A DNA stretch of 64,000 bases, taken from assembly GCA_963850305.1 (NCBI GenBank), contig CAWKKR010000008.1:1120001-1184000 (forward strand). The letters are read 5' to 3'. The stretch comes from an uncultured delta proteobacterium. GTDB lineage: Bacteria > Myxococcota_A > Polyangia > Polyangiales > Polyangiaceae. This document shows positions 62,320-64,000 of the stretch, in pieces; positions within the stretch are counted from its first letter, which is position 1, and every line of letters begins with the position of its first letter. Position numbers and translations under genes: made by a program. Below the pieces are notes generated by a model. The model was not told the DNA's origin. It saw only the letters and a program-made list of their open reading frames with translations, and did not search any database.

Positions 62320-63611
62320 GGTTGCGGTTCGTGATTTGCATCGTCGCCACGACGCTCCTGTCCTGCTCGGACAGAAAGCCGACGCCGAACGCGACGTCGC
62401 AACCGAGCCCGAATGCCGCAATCCTTCCGGCTCCGCTGTCGTCCGCGTCCGATCTCGCGACCGCAACGCCCGCACATTCCGCCGGAATGATCGGCATAGC
62501 GGCGGATTCGGCCGGGCGCTTGATCATCCGCGAGCCGGAGCCCCCGCCGCCAGAACCGGCTTCGCCGGAACGGGCGCTGCCCGCGGACGCACTGACGAGC
62601 AAGGACGGTGCCGGTTACACGCTGGAGGGGGCATTCCGTTGGGCGGATCTCCCAGCGCCGGCACAGGCACCTGAGGTCGTCGCGGCGGCGCTTCGGGACG
62701 CGGCGAGCAAGACCGAGCTCAAGATAGCCGTGGATCTCGGCAGCATCGGTCGCATGCGTCTATCCTTCGAATCGCCCGCCTTTCCGCTGCCGGCACACGC
62801 CGAGATACGTGCCCATACGAGCTACTATGGACACGTGCTCGTTTGGCCGAATGGCTCGGCGTACCGGGTGCTCGCGCCGGGGAGTCTGCGGGCCATGTTT
62901 GCCGAACGGCGGGCAGACGTCTCGCCATTGCTCCGTGCGACCGTCACCCCGGGCGAGTCGGGCTCGCTCCTCGAGCACAAGACACAGAAGACGAATATCG
63001 AGACGAGCCTCGGCACGCTCTCGCTCGAGCAGACCACGGTGCCCGGCAGCGGTGGTGGCGGTCCGCTGTTCTGTCGGCTGCTGGTCGAGCTGATCGGTGC
63101 CGAACCGACGACGGAGGCTTGTCGCGCGGATCGGATCCCGCTGGCGGCGCGGTACAAATGGGCGGCCGGCGGCACCATTTCGTTTTCTGCGACGACCCTG
63201 TCCGACAGAAAAGACATTCCTCTGGGGTATCTGGACGTGCCGCCGGCGGGCGCGACGTTCACACCGGGCGAGCTGCCGCCGCCGTCTTCGGGCGTCTTTC
63301 TCGATCGCGAAGATCTGGCGAGGTTCCGTAATCGGGTCGTTCGTGTGGGCGCACCGAGCCCGCACGCACCCGGCGAAGGGATCATCGGAAAAAATGACAC
63401 CACCCTCCTCGAGTACCTGCTGATCGACGGAGTCCCCGTCGCATGGGTACGACCGAACACGCAGCAGTACGTGATCGGACCCGTCGCGGGGCGGTATTCG
63501 ATCGGGTGGCGCGACTTTTTCGGCACCAAGATCACACGACCCTCCATCGTCGAACTCCCGGCGCTAGTGCACGTAGGACATGAGCCCGGGGATGGCGGGG
63601 CGAGCCCCTGA
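62316..63611 (+). CDS. Hypothetical lipoprotein
   Basis: MRLRFVICIVATTLLSC lipobox; ATG overlaps the pyrD stop. Confidence 0.75.
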   Translation: MRLRFVICIVATTLLSCSDRKPTPNATSQPSPNAAILPAPLSSASDLATATPAHSAGMIGIAADSAGRLIIREPEPPPPEPASPERALPADALTSKDGAGYTLEGAFRWADLPAPAQAPEVVAAALRDAASKTELKIAVDLGSIGRMRLSFESPAFPLPAHAEIRAHTSYYGHVLVWPNGSAYRVLAPGSLRAMFAERRADVSPLLRATVTPGESGSLLEHKTQKTNIETSLGTLSLEQTTVPGSGGGGPLFCRLLVELIGAEPTTEACRADRIPLAARYKWAAGGTISFSATTLSDRKDIPLGYLDVPPAGATFTPGELPPPSSGVFLDREDLARFRNRVVRVGAPSPHAPGEGIIGKNDTTLLEYLLIDGVPVAWVRPNTQQYVIGPVAGRYSIGWRDFFGTKITRPSIVELPALVHVGHEPGDGGASP

Positions 63612-63900
63612 GCCGGCGGGGTGGGCCGATCGCTGCGCGCGTTACTGCCTCGTGCGCCGCGCTTGCTCGCGATCTCGTCGACAGGGCGCCTTCGACCGCC
63701 GGGGTCAGCGCCATCCCATGCGAGGTCGACGTCGATCTCGCCGCGATCACCGACGATCCCACGGAGACCAGGGCCGCTCCCGTACGGGATCATCGACCGG
63801 CGCGGCGGGACGGGCGCCGGTTCTCCCGGCATCGGCAGCAACCTCGGCGGGGTAACCCATGATCCCGTCGGGATCGTCGGTCCCGCCGGGTTTGTCGCGG

Positions 63901-63955
63901 TGCAAACCGGGTGCTCTGGTGACACTTTAGACCGGGTCCCTGGGTGACACTTTTT
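63901..63955. mobile_element. Probable IS481-family terminal repeat remnant
   Basis: Two 23-bp direct repeats with 25-bp period (accgggtgctctggtgacacttt / accgggtccctgggtgacacttt); reverse strand reads AAAGTGTCACC...CCGGTCTAAAGTGTCACC...CCGGT. Confidence 0.55.
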
Positions 63956-64000
63956 GGGTGACGGGTCTGCCTGACGGCGGGCTGACGGCTAATTGCCGCC

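Overview
A 64 kb chromosomal window from a high-GC Gram-negative bacterium. The gene repertoire (PilZ, RCC1-repeat, DUF4388 receiver, Cys-rich caib/baif-type and DUF2378-like proteins) points to Myxococcota/Polyangia, which is an inference. Most of it is core genome: mfd, sua5, pal-tolQRAB, ilvE, an M16 peptidase, a PpiD-like chaperone, dinG/yoaA, a MoxR-DUF58-VWA operon, gshA, an acyl-CoA dehydrogenase, CIRCE-groES-groEL, an MBOAT, aspS, rimI and pyrK-pyrD. An accessory block at about 16.3-27.6 kb is the most interesting part. It holds a Fur-box-preceded beta-barrel gene, a stand-alone LuxR-type HTH protein, and a tandem pair of paralogous cupin + heme-oxygenase-like diiron (HDO) fusion proteins that have lost their metal ligands reciprocally, followed by a gamma-glutamyltransferase. 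It ends with a stressosome-type rsb cluster containing two RsbT kinases and two sensor-less HAMP-STAS RsbR proteins. Other oddities are a receiver protein with a perfect 16x15-bp histone-H1-like (KKAAP)n tail, a repeat-flanked four-helix-bundle pseudogene interrupted by a REP-like element, an 80-bp duplication scar, and a probable IS481-type end at the right edge. Five single-base insertions break otherwise intact genes and are probably sequencing errors. No rRNA, tRNA or CRISPR array was recognised. All family assignments come from motif recognition by eye; no searches were run.
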